Shown piece by piece: positions 23,077-33,259 of a DNA stretch of 64,000 nt (position 1 is the stretch's first letter; each line of letters opens with the position of its first letter). Below the pieces are notes generated by a model that saw only the letters and a list, made by a program, of their open reading frames with translations, was not told the DNA's origin and did not search any database. The DNA is from a virus: the IMG/VR virus record IMGVR_UViG_3300045988_159775; one strand, given 5' to 3'. The position numbers and the translations under genes were made by a program.

Positions 23077-24324
23077 CTATTTCTTTTTGTTAGTTTTCTT
23101 TTCTCCTGTATAGTAGTCCCGGTTACGTACCTTGCCTTGATTCTCTGAACGCTTGGAGAATATTATCTTATCCTTAGCGCGTCCAAAACCTCTCTTAACG
23201 GGCTGGAACGGTTCTTCGTCTACAGGTTCACGCAAGGCTTCTGCTTCCACGTCCATACGTCCTTGACGCTGCTCCAAATCCTCCTTTTGGCGGCGAATCT
23301 TATTCAAGAACATTTCCTTTGTTCTTTGAGCGGATGTCTTTTCCTCCTCCGTTACTTCCTCTGCCTTGATGTCTTGTACTTCTCGTCCGCTTTGTTTCTC
23401 AATAGCCGTAAAATCATAAGCCATCGTTGACGGGTATACCATCTCTGCTTGCGGATCATAATCACCTCCTATATCAACGAACTTTGCGTAGTAGGAATTA
23501 TGCAGACCGGCAATCAATTTCTTTAGATCGAATCCCATACGGGCTGCAACGCGTCCCAAGATAATCTCTTTCAGATTTATTGTCTTGAGAATTTCCTTTT
23601 GTATATGATTCTGAATAGTAGCTTCTATATTTAAGTCCAAGACTCCGTTAATGTTCAAAACGTCTCCCTCTGCTTCCTTGCGGATTTGCTCCAGAGTACG
23701 TAGCATTGCATTATACGCGTCTATGGAATTCAGAACTATATACCGGGATTTCATTTTAGAATACATCCAACAGAGTTCGTCCAAACGAGGTCTCTTGTTA
23801 TACAACCGTACGTCCGTTATCTTATTCCGGTATTCTTCCCGTCTCCGTTCAATTTCTATTATATGAGTCTTCAAAACTCTTTTGACATCATCCTCTGATA
23901 CGCATATTCCGTTTTCCTCTCCAAGAATCTTCATAACCTCTGGTACGGTAAACATACGTCCAAGAAGTTCCATTATGTCTTCCTCATAGGGGCTTAACTT
24001 ATATCCTCTCTCCTTATCCGTCCTTTGATTCTTCCCAAGACATCCTGCTCGTCCATAAGCCTTGGCGCTTGCTGCAGACCTTTTGGCGTTCAGTGACATC
24101 CACTTCTTTTTCATCTCCATAAGATCTTCTTGTTCTTTGGTAGACAAGTGTTCTATGGCTTTGGCGAAAAGATGAGGCATAAGTCCAAGGCTTACTTCTT
24201 CCCCAGTAGAAACTATTTGGCGGGGATTGCGAAGTAGGGGATGAGAATTATACGCATACCACTTTAGGTATTCTCTCGCATTTACAACATCCTCTGGTAT
24301 AGGTATCTTTCTTCTTTCTTCCAT
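23077..24324 (-). CDS. hypothetical protein
   Basis: 415-codon frame; no motif recognised by eye. Confidence 0.55.
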   Translation of the reverse strand: MEERRKIPIPEDVVNAREYLKWYAYNSHPLLRNPRQIVSTGEEVSLGLMPHLFAKAIEHLSTKEQEDLMEMKKKWMSLNAKRSAASAKAYGRAGCLGKNQRTDKERGYKLSPYEEDIMELLGRMFTVPEVMKILGEENGICVSEDDVKRVLKTHIIEIERRREEYRNKITDVRLYNKRPRLDELCWMYSKMKSRYIVLNSIDAYNAMLRTLEQIRKEAEGDVLNINGVLDLNIEATIQNHIQKEILKTINLKEIILGRVAARMGFDLKKLIAGLHNSYYAKFVDIGGDYDPQAEMVYPSTMAYDFTAIEKQSGREVQDIKAEEVTEEEKTSAQRTKEMFLNKIRRQKEDLEQRQGRMDVEAEALREPVDEEPFQPVKRGFGRAKDKIIFSKRSENQGKVRNRDYYTGEKKTNKKK

Positions 24325-24348
24325 ACAATTTTTTTTATTGTTACGATT

Positions 24349-24654
24349 TTATTCGCTTCCCTCTATATCTGCGCTTCCCTTGGCGTATGGGGTTCTACGG
24401 CGTAGTCTCTTCGTATTCGGGGCGATACGGAGACGCGTGAGACGGATAACGGTCACGGGCTGATCGGAAAGTATGGGCGTGTATTCTGATATTCCCTCTA
24501 CGCGCCAATCATCCTTTTTTTGTATTGCGGTCATTATCTGCATACGCCTTAAATTACGGTATAGGAAGATACGGAAAGAGCGTTTTGAGTCTTTCCTTAG
24601 AACTGCGGTGCGATCATAGCCCTTGAGTAAATCCTTTAATTCTTTTTCACTCAT
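24349..24654 (-). CDS. hypothetical basic protein
   Basis: 101-codon frame, Arg-rich; no motif recognised. Confidence 0.45.
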   Translation of the reverse strand: MSEKELKDLLKGYDRTAVLRKDSKRSFRIFLYRNLRRMQIMTAIQKKDDWRVEGISEYTPILSDQPVTVIRLTRLRIAPNTKRLRRRTPYAKGSADIEGSE

Positions 24655-24832
24655 ATTTCTCTATCTCTACTATCTACGTCTTTTCTTCTTTTTCCAATTC
24701 TCTATTATCTCCAAGAGAAGCGTTGAGGGGGCAAAACGTTTTTCTTTCCTTTTGGCTTGATGACGGCGTAGGAGTTCTTGCGGAGTAGTGCACTGACGGC
24801 TTTGTTCCTTTTTTTTCATATCCCTCTATCTA

Positions 24833-25605
24833 TTATTTTTCAAAAAATTCAATAAACTCTTCTTTAGTCACTACAATGTGATTAGCGTCTCCCGGTACAT
24901 ACTTATAGTCTACGAAGAGATCGCGCCATAGAACGTCAACAATGACTTCCTCTGCGGTGATCTTGCCTTGTTCCCTTAATACGTTTTCCATAATCCCGTG
25001 AGAATGCAATTTTGGAGTTCTCAAAGAAATTAATTCCGTATCATCATCTCCTTTCAAAATCGGAGTTTTAATAAGTTTTTCCCATTCCTCACGAAACTCT
25101 TTAAGTGTCATAGCAGCATTGCGGCTTTTCTTATCAATATTAGGGGATTCTGTAACTATTGATCCAGCAAAGATTTTACCTAAACAATAATACCATCTCC
25201 CAATAATAGGGCTTTTACAATAATGATTATGACGCTCAAATATCAAATTAGGAATTTCTCCAAATCCGCTTTCCTTTATCCAAGTAGATAACATATCATC
25301 ATCCAAATAAGATACATCTCCAAATAAGATACATCTCCAAACATAAGGCTTGGGAGATGAAACGTATGATCGGGATTTTCCGCTGCCGTTAGACAAAGCA
25401 ATACTATGTTTGATCTTAATACGGTTGGCGGCAATGGACTACCGCTGCTTGTTACCGTTGGTATACCATAGGCGCGTCCTGATATCTGTCCTACTGTGAA
25501 GTAATTCGCGCCAAAATTAGTAATTGCATAATTAGCCATCTCTGAAATGTGTGTTCCTCTAACGTCTGTTGAGAAACAAAGGATGTCAATGTTACTTTTT
25601 TCCAT
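24833..25605 (-). pseudogene. gene disrupted by a 17-bp tandem duplication (N-terminal G-x-H...YGIPT Rossmann-like motif)
   Basis: ORFs 25276..25605 and 24833..25396 both read FGDVSYL across the duplicated 17-mer. Deleting one copy fuses them in frame (...HLPSLMFGDVSYLDDDMLSTWIKE...) into a protein of about 250 aa. Confidence 0.6.
25303..25336. repeat. perfect 17-bp tandem duplication (ccaaataagatacatct x2, plus 5 nt of a third unit)
   Basis: 25303-25319 equals 25320-25336, and ccaaa follows at 25337-25341; 17 is not a multiple of 3. Confidence 0.95.
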
Positions 25606-25614
25606 AATTCCTTT

Positions 25615-25791
25615 TTATAAGTTAATTTGATCTTGTATTGCTGAATTGAGACTAAAACTGTCTTTGGGGTAAATTCCCTCACCCAGTCCTGTACGGAGGT
25701 CTACGTAATAGTTTTGGGAATCTTCTGATATTACCGCAGAGGGGAACTGCGGTAATTCGATACTTAAGATTTTTCTTTCTTCTTGAAACAT
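25615..25791 (-). CDS. hypothetical protein (58 aa, below the ORF-track cutoff)
   Basis: The ATG at 25791 opens MFQEERKILSIELPQFPSAVISEDSQNYYVDLRTGLGEGIYPKDSFSLNSAIQDQINL and fills the gap between neighbours. Confidence 0.3.
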   Translation of the reverse strand: MFQEERKILSIELPQFPSAVISEDSQNYYVDLRTGLGEGIYPKDSFSLNSAIQDQINL

Positions 25792-25806
25792 ATTCTTTCC
25801 TCCTTT

Positions 25807-26016
25807 TTAGAATTCTACAAAAATTATACGTTCTCCGTTTCCACCCTTACGACTAACCCAAAGGTGATTTTTACCGAATCCATATTCAAAGTGTTTAATT
25901 TCTGTAGCATGGAAAGATATAAAAGTTCTCAATTGATGTTCGGTATCTGAATTTGTAATGATATTAAGTATTTCTACAAATTCCATTGCTTCTACTGATG
26001 TTGCGCCTACTAACAT
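25807..26016 (-). CDS. hypothetical protein
   Basis: 69-codon frame. Its ATG (26014-26016) is embedded in the end of an 8-codon cassette uORF (26010-26036). Confidence 0.45.
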   Translation of the reverse strand: MLVGATSVEAMEFVEILNIITNSDTEHQLRTFISFHATEIKHFEYGFGKNHLWVSRKGGNGERIIFVEF

Positions 26017-26077
26017 GTTTCTACTGTTGCTTTCATAATTTTCTGTATTTTTAGTTTGTTATTTCTTAATTACACTA

Positions 26078-26108
26078 CAAAGATAGTGACTTTGAGAATA
26101 TCTACAAG
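26078..26108 (-). promoter_or_regulatory. Bacteroidota-type promoter (cassette copy 4, diverged)
   Basis: Minus strand reads CTTG (26105-26108), a 19-nt spacer, then TATCTTTG (26078-26085). Confidence 0.5.
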
Positions 26109-26244
26109 ACTTTTACCCAAATATTTTATGGAAAACCAAGGAATTTAACTTTTGTTAAAAGAAAAGGACTACTTTCCCAAGCAATCCTTAGCATAAAGTG
26201 ATAATCTAACTTATAGAAAATTACAACAAACAATATAAACTATG

Positions 26245-26493
26245 CTATATCTCTTTATATTCAAAACCTCTCCGGTCGCAAGTCTCTTTATTATATAGGT
26301 AATACTCCCAATGATTTATCATACAAATGAATCCTTGACAATTTGCAGTTGTAGGTATTTTCGATATTATATCCAAGCCCTTTATAAATGCGGTATCGCT
26401 TGCGATATGATCAACCGTTGATACTCCTACTAATTTACCGTGAGATATTACCATTACTTTATCGCCCACGGTCAGTTTTCTGTACTCCATCAT
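26245..26493 (-). CDS. hypothetical protein
   Basis: 82-codon frame with an ATGA-type overlap to the upstream gene. Confidence 0.5.
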   Translation of the reverse strand: MMEYRKLTVGDKVMVISHGKLVGVSTVDHIASDTAFIKGLDIISKIPTTANCQGFICMINHWEYYLYNKETCDRRGFEYKEI

Positions 26494-27011
26494 AACTTAA
26501 AGGTTTTCTTCCAAGACTCATATTCCTCTTTTTCTTTCTCCGATAAAGAGAACCTGCGTATGCCTTGCTCGTATAGAAGATCAACGTAGTTATTCTCAAA
26601 ATCAGTCTTAGCAAAGGACGGTATTTCTACCTCCATCTCAAACATTACGATCTTCCAAGACTTGTTTTTGATATATCCTGAAGATAATTTGATCATATGA
26701 CGCATTTGAAAAACGTCCAACATACTCGTTCCTCTCAAAGCAAATTCCGGCACATACGTTATCGTAGGAGGATTATTTGCTGAACTGGGAGAAACTAACC
26801 TTTGTAGATATACTTTCTTTCCATTAGCATCCAGTGATTGCGCTAAATAAAATCTACCTTTTTGTTTTTCCATCGCTCTTAGGTTTTTCTTTGCTTCTAT
26901 TAACTTTGGGGACGGGGATAAACTTTCTTGGCGGTCTTGACAATTCTTCTCCTTTCTCAATATTGAGCTCATCGTCAAGAGCTTTTTTGTTAATATTTTC
27001 CATGATTGCAT
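26490..27011 (-). CDS. hypothetical protein
   Basis: 173-codon frame; the true start is probably a later Met (26972 or 26873), since the first 22 nt overlap the helicase gene. Confidence 0.5.
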   Translation of the reverse strand: MQSWKILTKKLLTMSSILRKEKNCQDRQESLSPSPKLIEAKKNLRAMEKQKGRFYLAQSLDANGKKVYLQRLVSPSSANNPPTITYVPEFALRGTSMLDVFQMRHMIKLSSGYIKNKSWKIVMFEMEVEIPSFAKTDFENNYVDLLYEQGIRRFSLSEKEKEEYESWKKTFKL

Positions 27012-28483
27012 TCTATTTTAGTTTTAATTTCTTGATCAAATGTAACTTTTGATACATACGTTAAATCCCTCTTGGCGCGCGTTATCGCTACGTAGAAAAG
27101 ATTCTTTTCTTGCTTTATTTGCCATTCTTGGGTAGCAAACCTACTGGGGATGAGTTCGGGGCAAATGAAGAAGATTTTATCATTTTCCAAGCCTTTTGCC
27201 TTATGAATAGTAGAAAGTAGTATTCCGCGTACTTCGTCCGAAAAAATGCTTTGTATTAACGTCCTCAAGCCTTTTATAGTCTCTACTTCCTCTGCCAAAC
27301 ATTCTATTACTTCTATCTTTTGAAGCAAGGTTTCCATCTTGGGGTGCTTATCCGGTTCTTTAATGCCTTTCTTGGAGAGTTTCTCAATCAAACGTTCTTG
27401 CTCTCTTTCTAAGTTCTTCAAAAGTCCGTCAACCGTACTTCCGCCTACCTTATTTATCAAAGCAAGAATTCCCTCTCCAATCTCCTTTCCTCTGATCTTG
27501 CACTTGATCTTATTCTTTATCAACCAAATATATGCTTCAACCAAAGGTTTGAGATTACGGCAAAGAATCCAATCTCCATCCTTTATTTCCTTTAAACTTC
27601 CCCATTTCACTTCACCGTCCTCTGCCGTAGGGGAATAGGAAATTTGAGGAACAATTTTTTGGGCTTCCCAGACTACGTTTTTTGAACAACGGTACGATAT
27701 AGACAACGGAAGCCGGATTGCCTTGCCGTTCAGATCGGCTAACTTTTCATAGGAGTTTTCATCAGCGCCGGCAAATCCATATATTGCTTGACGTGGATCG
27801 CCAACGGTAATCAACCGCCCTCTACGGTTTATGCATTTACGTATGAATTCTTGCTGACAAATGGAAAAATCCTGAGCTTCATCGCAAAATACGTAATCAT
27901 ATTTTCTCATCCGTATAGAGGAATCATAGACGGGTTGATAAACCATATCCATGAAATCAAAACAAGAACGGTCGCGATTCATAGCCTCAAAGACTTCTAC
28001 TGCCATCCTCTTCTCAACGTCCTCTATATTCAAATCGTATCTCTCACCGATCCATTCTACCGACTCCGGCTCAGGAGGAAGTAGGTTACAACGCATAAGA
28101 TCAATGATCTGAGGAATAGCATAGAGGAACCAGCCCCGTTTACGTTCGTCAATCTCATAGTGCGCAAGTGCTTTCTCCGTCTTTATTAAAGCCTTTGCGG
28201 GAGTCATTTTCACCTTACTACCGTACCTCATTAGTATAGCGCGCCAACCGCAAGAATGAATCGTACTTATAAATACATCGCGTCTCGTATTCCTTTTCTT
28301 TAACTCATCAACAATAGAGTTATTAAACGCCAAAAATAAAGAACTTTCATCAACGGGAATAAATTTTAATAATTCTAATAATGTTGTTGTCTTGCCTGAC
28401 CCGGCTACGGCTGAAATATTAAGGTCGCGCTGGGTAAGGTTAAAAGCCTTGTAAATTGCTATTTGATTTTTACTGGGTGTCAT
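26990..28483 (-). CDS. UvrD/Rep/PcrA-like SF1 DNA helicase
   Basis: Walker A AVAGSGKTTTLLE, motif II VFCDEAQDFS, ITVGDPRQAIYGFAGAD, STIHKAKGLEND and LFYVAITRAKRDL are present. Confidence 0.85.
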   Translation of the reverse strand: MTPSKNQIAIYKAFNLTQRDLNISAVAGSGKTTTLLELLKFIPVDESSLFLAFNNSIVDELKKRNTRRDVFISTIHSCGWRAILMRYGSKVKMTPAKALIKTEKALAHYEIDERKRGWFLYAIPQIIDLMRCNLLPPEPESVEWIGERYDLNIEDVEKRMAVEVFEAMNRDRSCFDFMDMVYQPVYDSSIRMRKYDYVFCDEAQDFSICQQEFIRKCINRRGRLITVGDPRQAIYGFAGADENSYEKLADLNGKAIRLPLSISYRCSKNVVWEAQKIVPQISYSPTAEDGEVKWGSLKEIKDGDWILCRNLKPLVEAYIWLIKNKIKCKIRGKEIGEGILALINKVGGSTVDGLLKNLEREQERLIEKLSKKGIKEPDKHPKMETLLQKIEVIECLAEEVETIKGLRTLIQSIFSDEVRGILLSTIHKAKGLENDKIFFICPELIPSRFATQEWQIKQEKNLFYVAITRAKRDLTYVSKVTFDQEIKTKIECNHGKY

Positions 28484-28839
28484 AATCTTCTTTTTCTATC
28501 ATCCCCAACCTGCATCCAAAGGAACCATTGAGCCGTTTTGTAAAATTGACAACGCACAACGGGCGACTCATCTATCGTAGCGTTATACATAGCAATGAAT
28601 GCCGTCCGGTTGGAATAGTTAGCCGATTGTTTTGTTAAGAAGTCTGTTATGTTAACCCCCTCTACGGTATTGAAATCTAAGGATTGCGCGGAATTAAAAT
28701 AAGACTCCGTGAAATTGAATACCGAAAAGAATACACATGATCCATCCGGATTGATAATTTGTAAAATAGAACAACCCTCCAAAATAAGGGATTCTATTGC
28801 TTTTTGATAAACTAAAAAATCTGCTGCATTTCCGTTCAT
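28480..28839 (-). CDS. hypothetical protein
   Basis: 119-codon frame with ATGA-type overlaps on both sides. Confidence 0.5.
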   Translation of the reverse strand: MNGNAADFLVYQKAIESLILEGCSILQIINPDGSCVFFSVFNFTESYFNSAQSLDFNTVEGVNITDFLTKQSANYSNRTAFIAMYNATIDESPVVRCQFYKTAQWFLWMQVGDDRKRRL

Positions 28840-29462
28840 AATTCTCCTTGTTCTTGTAAATTCATTAGTATTTCCTTTATACGTTTTAACGCTGTTCCAT
28901 ATTGCACGGAGGTTACATCAGGATTCTTCTTCAAAAAATCTGACGGTTTCATATCTTGTAAACGACTGATAGTAATCCTACGTTCCAATTCAGAAAACCC
29001 GTTTATATCCATTAATATTCCTATCGTATCCGGCTTTTCCCTTTGGCGAAGATCAGGATGGCACGTGTAGATCGCTTCCGTCATTTCTATTTTATCATTC
29101 ACCAATGCTCTTTGATAATCCTTGAAAAATTTACGAGAAAGGGATTTGTTGAAATAAAAATAGAAGTTATGGTTTGGGAGAACTTTATATTTTTCAATGC
29201 ATTTGTCGAATACCAAAAAACATTCTGATACTAATTCATCGCGCGGTGGAAAATCCTCTGGGGGTACGGGTGTATTATTTAAAAGGTTAAGATAATTTGT
29301 TATATTTTTTACCACAATATCTTTCATCATACGGAATACTAAATTTCTAAACGCCAAGCGTCTTCGTTCCGTATTACCGAATTTTATCATGACCAAGAAT
29401 TTATTTACCTGCTTCGGGCGGTAATGGTATTCTTTTGCGAAAATTTCGTTCTCCAAAGACAT
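28836..29462 (-). CDS. sigma-70-like transcription factor (divergent)
   Basis: Has a C-terminal region-4-like HTH (FSELERRITISRLQDMKPSDFLKKNPDVTSVQYGTALKRIKEIL) and a region-2-like segment (ECFLVFDKCIEKYK...FYFYFNKSLSRKFFKDYQR). Confidence 0.4.
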   Translation of the reverse strand: MSLENEIFAKEYHYRPKQVNKFLVMIKFGNTERRRLAFRNLVFRMMKDIVVKNITNYLNLLNNTPVPPEDFPPRDELVSECFLVFDKCIEKYKVLPNHNFYFYFNKSLSRKFFKDYQRALVNDKIEMTEAIYTCHPDLRQREKPDTIGILMDINGFSELERRITISRLQDMKPSDFLKKNPDVTSVQYGTALKRIKEILMNLQEQGEL

Positions 29463-29468
29463 AGTGAG

Positions 29469-29762
29469 CTATCCTTTTTTGTAGTCGTTAAAACTTTGAA
29501 CTGCTTCGTTTATCTTATACTCCTTGTAAGGTTTGATATGCTTCTCAAAATGCTCATGAGAACGTTTCTTCAACATCTCCGTCTTTTGTTCCTTAGAAGC
29601 AGAAGTATAAGCCCCATAAATATTAGATTCATGACCAAGAATTTTTACAGGTGCTCCGCAAAAGGGGCAAGTTAATTCCGGAAAACCCTCCGGTGCTTTA
29701 ATCTTACTACTCCGGTTTTCGCAATTCTCATTAGAGCAAAAGCAATTGTATATTAAATCCAT
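29469..29762 (-). CDS. zinc-ribbon protein
   Basis: CFCSNENCEN...CPFCGAP gives two CxxC-type pairs; 97 aa. Confidence 0.45.
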   Translation of the reverse strand: MDLIYNCFCSNENCENRSSKIKAPEGFPELTCPFCGAPVKILGHESNIYGAYTSASKEQKTEMLKKRSHEHFEKHIKPYKEYKINEAVQSFNDYKKG

Positions 29763-29768
29763 ATTCTT

Positions 29769-30290
29769 TTATATTTTTTCTGTTAAACGTGCATATTCCA
29801 AGATTAGCAACGCATCTGATATTGCTAACCAATCCTTTTTATATACCAAACCAAACTCTGTCCCAACGCGCGGATAAATCTGTTGAGCCTTTTCTTTCAA
29901 CTTCATCTTCCATTCCGTTGTAGTCTTTTTTCCCTTATTACCAACTTGCAAGCATTTCTGCCATTGCTGAGGCGTAACCGTAATAGTTTTTATATTACGC
30001 GATAAAAGCGCCATTTCTATGTGCCCGTAGCCACGCCCAAAATTAAACATTGCCGAACCTCCTTGGCCCGGCATTCCGCCTACCTTTTCCAAATAACAAC
30101 GAGCGTTGCACTGATAGACGGAAAGTAATTTTAAGACATCTTGGGGAGTCTCCGGCATTGGGGCAACCTCCAATAACTTATCCCGATCTATGGAATAAAC
30201 GACTATTCCACCATTCTTTCCGGGATCAATTGCTATTATCTTTTTGTCTTTGAAGTATTTAATTCTTTCTTTATTTTCCATTACCAACAA
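29769..30290 (-). CDS. ruvC: RuvC-like Holliday junction resolvase
   Basis: KIIAIDPGKNGGIVVYS (first catalytic Asp) and the C-terminal DWLAISDALLILEYA fit phage RuvC-fold resolvases; adjacent to the recombination genes. Confidence 0.55.
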   Translation of the reverse strand: MLVMENKERIKYFKDKKIIAIDPGKNGGIVVYSIDRDKLLEVAPMPETPQDVLKLLSVYQCNARCYLEKVGGMPGQGGSAMFNFGRGYGHIEMALLSRNIKTITVTPQQWQKCLQVGNKGKKTTTEWKMKLKEKAQQIYPRVGTEFGLVYKKDWLAISDALLILEYARLTEKI

Positions 30291-30311
30291 AGTTTTCGGT
30301 ATATTTATATA

Positions 30312-32186
30312 CTAACTTTGTAAAGAATCAACGTACCGCGCTATTTTATTCTCTTTTACAACATAGAGTTTATTCTTATTGTTAAAGCTATCAGAGACAT
30401 TTTGGGTAATCATCAAAATCGTCACTCCTACTTTTTCCAAAACCTTTATTATATTTTCTTGCCCCTCAGAATCAATACCGTTAAAACACTCGTCAAGACA
30501 AATAAGATTCAAACCGCGACCGTTCGTAGATAGATTTATGAGATGCTGAATGCCTAATACTCCAGCAAGATTCACTCTACCTCGTTCCCCTCCGGATTTA
30601 GCGCGGAACGTTTCCGCATCGGTTCCATCCGTTTCTACAAACACATCTATCTTCTCCCTAACTTCTCCGGACTTCAAAACCGTAAATCCGTTTATCAATA
30701 CTGAAAGGTCTACGTCAAACTTTCTCAAAAATGAATTCGTTATGCCCTCTATGATCTTTATACTTTTATTAGCAAGATACGTTGAAAAGCCCGATTTCCC
30801 CATAGAAAAATTCCAAAAGCGTATCATATCTAAATCCTCCTTAATGCTCTTCATACGAGGTTCTATTGCTTCTAATTGTTCCTTTGCACGGGCGATCTTA
30901 TCTTGTATAGCCTTGAGTTGAACGTTAGACTTCTTGCGTTCCTTTATTTCTTCTTCTTGACGATCAAGTTTTTTGAGTCTTTCCGTACATTCCTTTATTT
31001 CTTCTTCTTGACGTTTTAATTTGCGTTTGTAAAGGGCTTTTTCTTCCTCAAGTCCGTCTAATATTTCTTGAGCGCGTTCTACTTCTCGAAGTTTCGCCAT
31101 TGCCTTTTCTAAAGCCTGTTTTTTTATCTTAATGGACTTTTGTCCAGCAAGAACGTTTTCCTCACTTTCCGCCAAAAGCATTTTAGTTTCCCGTACCGTT
31201 AATCCCAATTCAGACTGATTAAGGAACTTATGTTTACATTTTGGACATGTAATGGCTTCTGATAACTCCAATTTCAATTTCCTTTCAATCGTGCGATCTT
31301 CTAACAAGGTGTCCTCTAAACCCTCAATTTCCCTCTTTAAACGTTTTACTTTATCTTTGACGGTTTGAAAGTCCGTTGGGACGGATATTGCTTGTATTTG
31401 AACTTCCTTTTCTTTTATCAAAGAAGCGTACTTTTTTACCAAAACTGCTTTTTCTCCGGCTTCGCTCTTAATCTCCGCGCGGCGATCTTGAATTGCTCTT
31501 AAGTCATCCTCAAAAGTATTCATTTTTTCCAGTTCTTCTGCTTGCTCTGATAATAACTCTATTCTTACAGTAATCTCGTCCGCTTCGTCTGCTAAAGGCT
31601 TGTATTCTGCTTCTTTTTCCTTTAGACGTTCCGCAAGAGTTTCTAAGACGGGATTTATCATATCAGCAGACGTTATCCGGTTCATGATCTCCTTTTTATC
31701 CCCATCGGACGCTGTAAAAAACATATAACGGTTATCTTGGGAGATTATGAAATAACGCAATAAATCCTCACGCGTTATACCGATTTGCTCAAAAATATAC
31801 TTATTAGCTTCCAAAACAGAAGTTAACTGAGTATTCAAAATGTCATTCTCATATATTTCTATCTTAACGGGTTTATTGCCGCGAAAGAATCTACGTACAA
31901 TTCTCAAGGACTTCTTTAGAACGTAATTTTCCAAAAGGAAATCTACCATACAATCATCCTCATCACGGTTGATGAAATTATCTTTCTTGACATCCCTCAA
32001 AGATTCATTTGTAAGAGCTATCGCAATACCCTCCAAAAGCGTAGTTTTACCAGCGCCATTATTACCAAAATTACGGTCAGTATTATTCTTACCAAAAATA
32101 ACCGTACAAACGTTGTTCTTAAACCGATATTCCGAATCTTTATGGGCAAAAAGATTACGGATTTTTATATAGATAGGATTCCACAT
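30312..32186 (-). CDS. sbcC: SbcC/Rad50-like ATPase (T4 gp46 analogue)
   Basis: Walker A GNNGAGKTTLLEG, a long coiled coil with a central CPKC zinc hook, the ABC signature SGGERGRVNLAG and Walker B LICLDECFNGIDSEG are present. Confidence 0.85.
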   Translation of the reverse strand: MWNPIYIKIRNLFAHKDSEYRFKNNVCTVIFGKNNTDRNFGNNGAGKTTLLEGIAIALTNESLRDVKKDNFINRDEDDCMVDFLLENYVLKKSLRIVRRFFRGNKPVKIEIYENDILNTQLTSVLEANKYIFEQIGITREDLLRYFIISQDNRYMFFTASDGDKKEIMNRITSADMINPVLETLAERLKEKEAEYKPLADEADEITVRIELLSEQAEELEKMNTFEDDLRAIQDRRAEIKSEAGEKAVLVKKYASLIKEKEVQIQAISVPTDFQTVKDKVKRLKREIEGLEDTLLEDRTIERKLKLELSEAITCPKCKHKFLNQSELGLTVRETKMLLAESEENVLAGQKSIKIKKQALEKAMAKLREVERAQEILDGLEEEKALYKRKLKRQEEEIKECTERLKKLDRQEEEIKERKKSNVQLKAIQDKIARAKEQLEAIEPRMKSIKEDLDMIRFWNFSMGKSGFSTYLANKSIKIIEGITNSFLRKFDVDLSVLINGFTVLKSGEVREKIDVFVETDGTDAETFRAKSGGERGRVNLAGVLGIQHLINLSTNGRGLNLICLDECFNGIDSEGQENIIKVLEKVGVTILMITQNVSDSFNNKNKLYVVKENKIARYVDSLQS

Positions 32187-32188
32187 TT

Positions 32189-33259
32189 TTAGCTTATTTC
32201 TTTGATTAATTCCAAACCATATTTAAACTTATTGCCCTTTATACCATTTTCTGAACAAAACTTTATAAAGTCTTGACGTATAGTACGAGAACTATGATTC
32301 AAAACTTCGGGATTTTCGCATGCCTCCATTGCTTCAACTTGCTCCTCCGCTTCATACTGACAATCTATACCGTATTTATTTTGAATTTCGGTCATGTTCA
32401 CTTTATGAGCATCAGACTTCTTACCTTTGAAAACGAACCTTATATGATCCGTTTTGTTATCTTTATACGCTTCCAAAAGTCCTAAAAGAGCGTCCGTATC
32501 ATCGACATCCAGCGTCTCCTTTATGTAACGGGGAAATTTACTACGTACAAATTTTGTACTTCCATCGTCAAATATGACCGTAAATCCTTTATCATCAAAA
32601 CTTTCACCAAAATTATTCTGATATGCTGATCCGGTATAAATCACGTTATCAGCTAATTTACTGGCGTTATGATAATGACCTATCAAAACCTTAGTCCAAT
32701 CCTCAAAAAGTTTTGGTTTAATTTCTGAACTTACGCGACTTCCGTCATTATTAACAACTCCATCAAAACCGGAATGAGTTATAAGTATCAAGGGCGTATC
32801 CTCGTCTATATCACCATCATTGAAATTTTCTTCGATCTGCTCCGTAACTTTTTCAAATTCTGATAGCCAGCGATCATCGCCAAAGTAGGGAATAAAAGCA
32901 ACAACAACACCACTAAAGAACTTACGACTCCCAACCCTATAAAGATTAAAGTAATCACTTTCATAAACTTCCAAATAACTTTTTTCACTATTTCCATCCG
33001 TCTTATCGTGGTTTCCGGGAATGACGTGCATTTCTATTCCGGCTTGTTTAACTCGTTCAATTATTTCCTTAAAATCTATCAAGCATATCAAAGGTTGTCC
33101 GCTACGATTAGTGAATATATCTCCTCCGCAAAATATACGGTTTGTCTTATATTTTCGACAAACTTCTATCAACTGATAGAAAATATTCTTTACCAAATCT
33201 CCATTATCTTTATTGAGATGAGGGTCATTTATCAAAACTCCAATTGCTTCTTTTCCCAT
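32189..33259 (-). CDS. sbcD: SbcD/Mre11-like nuclease (T4 gp47 analogue)
   Basis: Calcineurin-like phosphoesterase motifs are present: VLINDPHL, CGGDIF, IPGNHD, ITHSG and IGHYHN. Confidence 0.85.
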   Translation of the reverse strand: MGKEAIGVLINDPHLNKDNGDLVKNIFYQLIEVCRKYKTNRIFCGGDIFTNRSGQPLICLIDFKEIIERVKQAGIEMHVIPGNHDKTDGNSEKSYLEVYESDYFNLYRVGSRKFFSGVVVAFIPYFGDDRWLSEFEKVTEQIEENFNDGDIDEDTPLILITHSGFDGVVNNDGSRVSSEIKPKLFEDWTKVLIGHYHNASKLADNVIYTGSAYQNNFGESFDDKGFTVIFDDGSTKFVRSKFPRYIKETLDVDDTDALLGLLEAYKDNKTDHIRFVFKGKKSDAHKVNMTEIQNKYGIDCQYEAEEQVEAMEACENPEVLNHSSRTIRQDFIKFCSENGIKGNKFKYGLELIKEIS

